Positions 62,522-64,000 of a stretch of DNA of 64,000 bases are shown here, piece after piece. A program made the translations under genes and the position numbers. Source of the stretch: Mycobacteriales bacterium (lineage in GTDB: Bacteria; Actinomycetota; Actinomycetes; JAFAQI01); the NCBI GenBank assembly GCA_036267755.1, contig DATAVK010000137.1, forward strand, positions 1,513-65,512, written 5' to 3'. The first letter of the stretch is position 1; the number at the start of each line of letters is the position of its first letter. The notes beneath the pieces are model-generated. The model was not told the origin of the DNA, did not search any database, and saw only the letters and a program-made list of their open reading frames with translations.

Positions 62522-64000
62522 CGGGCTCGCCGCCAGTAGCGCAGTCGGACGATGAGCGGCGCGAGCAACCCTGACAGCAAGGCAAGGCCGAGGAGTGCGG
62601 GGAGCGCCGTACCGGCGACCGACGACGAGGCAGCGGCCGTGGTCCCTGGCGAAGTGGCCGGCGATGAGCCGGCGACCTGCGGTGTGGTGCCCTTACCAGG
62701 CTTCCCCGTCTTGTCCGACCCGGCCGGTGGGGTGGCGGTGTCCCCGCCACCGCCCGTGCCATCTCCGCCACCCGCTGACGAACCGGTGCCTGAACCTGTT
62801 CCGGGCCCGGTCCCTGTCTGACCGCCCGAGTTCGAGCCCACGAGCGACGGCAGCGCGCCGTGCTGGGCTTGGACCGCAGCTGCCGCCCGGGTGGTGTACG
62901 ACGCAAGCTGGCCCAACCCGGCTGCCTTGGTCATCGGGAGATATCCAGGCGGCAGCTGGCCGTTGCCGAAGCCTCTGACCTGACCGTCGGTCGCGGCGTA
63001 CCTCAGCAGCTTCGCGTAGTCGGCGGCGACGCCCTTGGGCAGACCCTTGGTGGGGACGGCCGTGTAGACGATCATCGTGCCGGGATACGCCTTGGCGCCG
63101 GCGGGCGTGGTGCGCATTGTGGTGGCGTTGATGGGCCAGGTACCCGTCGCCGAATCGGGCTTGGCCAGGTCGATCGCCGCTTTCATCGACGCATCGGTCG
63201 GACTCACGAACACGCGTCCGGCCGAACTCGTGAACTTCGCTGAGGCGGTCGGCGCGGTCTGGGTCTCCAGCGACGCCATGTCGAGCCGGTAGCGCTGGGC
63301 GTCCGCGATCGAGGTCACACCGAGCATGAAGCGGAAGCCCGGGTTCTGGCGGCCGATCGAGATCAGTTTCTCGCCCGCGCTCACCCCCTGCAACGGCTGC
63401 GAGCAGACGGTCTGGGAGTTGGCGATGGCGAACTGCATCGCGAGTGAGATCTGGCTCAGCCGCTGGACCGGTGCCGCGACGAGCGGAAGGTAAGGCACCG
63501 GGGTGTTGAACAGGCAGTCGTTGAGCCCCGGCTGGTAGATGTCCTTGGGCTCGTACGTGTCGAGCAACGGCCAGGTGTTCAGGGGGAGCTTGATGCCGCG
63601 ATAAGCCTTGTTGACGACCATCCCCCAGGGGTCCGGCTTCCCGTTCAGCCAGGCGCGCGCCTCCGGGTCGGCATTGATGTAGGAGGTGAGTGCGTACATC
63701 ACGTCCGACTCGCTGGAGAGGCTGAGAAGGGTTGCTGCCACTTGAGAAGACGTCGAGATGCCTGGGTTGAGCGCCTGGAACTCCGGATCCTCGGTGATAT
63801 TCAGCGGGTTGTGGGACAGCGCCTTGTCGCCGGTCTGGATATCCGTCAGGGCGGGATATGACTCGGTCATGAGCTTCGCAAGCAGTCGCGGGTCGAGCTT
63901 GAGCGTGGCGACCGGCCGGCCCTCTACATTGTCGACGTCGAAGGTGACCGCGAAGCCGGAGACGGCCGTGGGTGCGTTGACGGTCGGCTCGGGGTATCCC
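62518..64000 (-). CDS. Large membrane-anchored surface protein with PstS/PBP-like C-terminal half; 5' end outside the window
   Basis: The frame stays open upstream of the Met at 63870, to position 63999 (GYPEPTVNAPTAVSGFAVTFDVDNVEG...). It has the PBP-like segment AYPGTMIVYTAVP...LLRYAATDGQ...LPPGYLPM, a Gly/Thr/Ser-rich linker, and a C-terminal TM LPALLGLALLSGLLAPLIV followed by RLRYWRRAR. Confidence 0.6.
   Translation of the reverse strand, partial: GYPEPTVNAPTAVSGFAVTFDVDNVEGRPVATLKLDPRLLAKLMTESYPALTDIQTGDKALSHNPLNITEDPEFQALNPGISTSSQVAATLLSLSSESDVMYALTSYINADPEARAWLNGKPDPWGMVVNKAYRGIKLPLNTWPLLDTYEPKDIYQPGLNDCLFNTPVPYLPLVAAPVQRLSQISLAMQFAIANSQTVCSQPLQGVSAGEKLISIGRQNPGFRFMLGVTSIADAQRYRLDMASLETQTAPTASAKFTSSAGRVFVSPTDASMKAAIDLAKPDSATGTWPINATTMRTTPAGAKAYPGTMIVYTAVPTKGLPKGVAADYAKLLRYAATDGQVRGFGNGQLPPGYLPMTKAAGLGQLASYTTRAAAAVQAQHGALPSLVGSNSGGQTGTGPGTGSGTGSSAGGGDGTGGGGDTATPPAGSDKTGKPGKGTTPQVAGSSPATSPGTTAAASSSVAGTALPALLGLALLSGLLAPLIVRLRYWRRAR

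Noticed and set aside
54926-64000. The visibly lower G+C of the surface-protein cluster as evidence of recent horizontal transfer.
   Set aside because: Third codon positions in these genes remain strongly G/C-biased where I read them out (for example all of 54926-56116). The lower overall G+C follows from Thr/Ser/Lys/Asn/Tyr-rich protein composition. No mobility genes or flanking repeats were seen.

Overview
This is a 64-kb segment of a very high-G+C actinobacterial (Actinomycetota) chromosome, almost entirely coding on both strands. I can support about 70 protein genes, 3 tRNAs (Pro-CGG, Ser-GGA, Ser-CGA), the SRP RNA, two ydaO-type c-di-AMP riboswitches and several strong hairpin terminators. 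I saw no rRNA, CRISPR array, transposase, integrase or phage genes. Positions ~1-27 kb are collinear with the Streptomyces bldG / M. tuberculosis Rv3649-Rv3683 neighbourhood. That stretch holds bldG plus an anti-sigma kinase, a DECH helicase, a Tad/Flp pilus operon, a HAD phosphatase, an epoxide hydrolase, MarP, Nudix, TlpA, nth, crp, an MBL hydrolase, RidA, an ArsA/Get3-like pair, whiB4, ponA2 and a metallophosphoesterase. 27-39 kb carries a polyphosphate/phosphate group (CYTH-CHAD, PPK2, DUF3349, Pit) and housekeeping genes (asd, ask, recR, ybaB, dnaX, ffs). 39-54 kb carries riboswitch-controlled cell-wall hydrolases (Rpf-LysM, NlpC/P60), a CPBP protease and an ApbE-linked NADH-to-envelope electron-transfer operon. 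It also carries tadA with two deaminase-associated paralogues and sulfur-assimilation genes (sirA, cysH, chelatase). The most unusual part is 54.9-64 kb, a minus-strand cell-surface cluster. It combines a Csc/WxL-like module (DUF916-like anchor, WxL-like Ig-repeat protein), three paralogues sharing an unrecognised N-terminal domain (one with a variant PSHTG sorting signal), two PstS-fold proteins, and a sortase-fold protein with no cysteine. Other leads are an RsiG-type c-di-GMP motif protein between nth and crp, a 3-Cys WhiB-like protein, and a 23-nt element shared downstream of two tRNA genes. Many long ORFs in the six-frame track are Arg/Pro/Gly-rich antisense or off-frame shadows typical of high-G+C DNA and were not called. 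All homology statements come from reading motifs by eye; no database search was possible.
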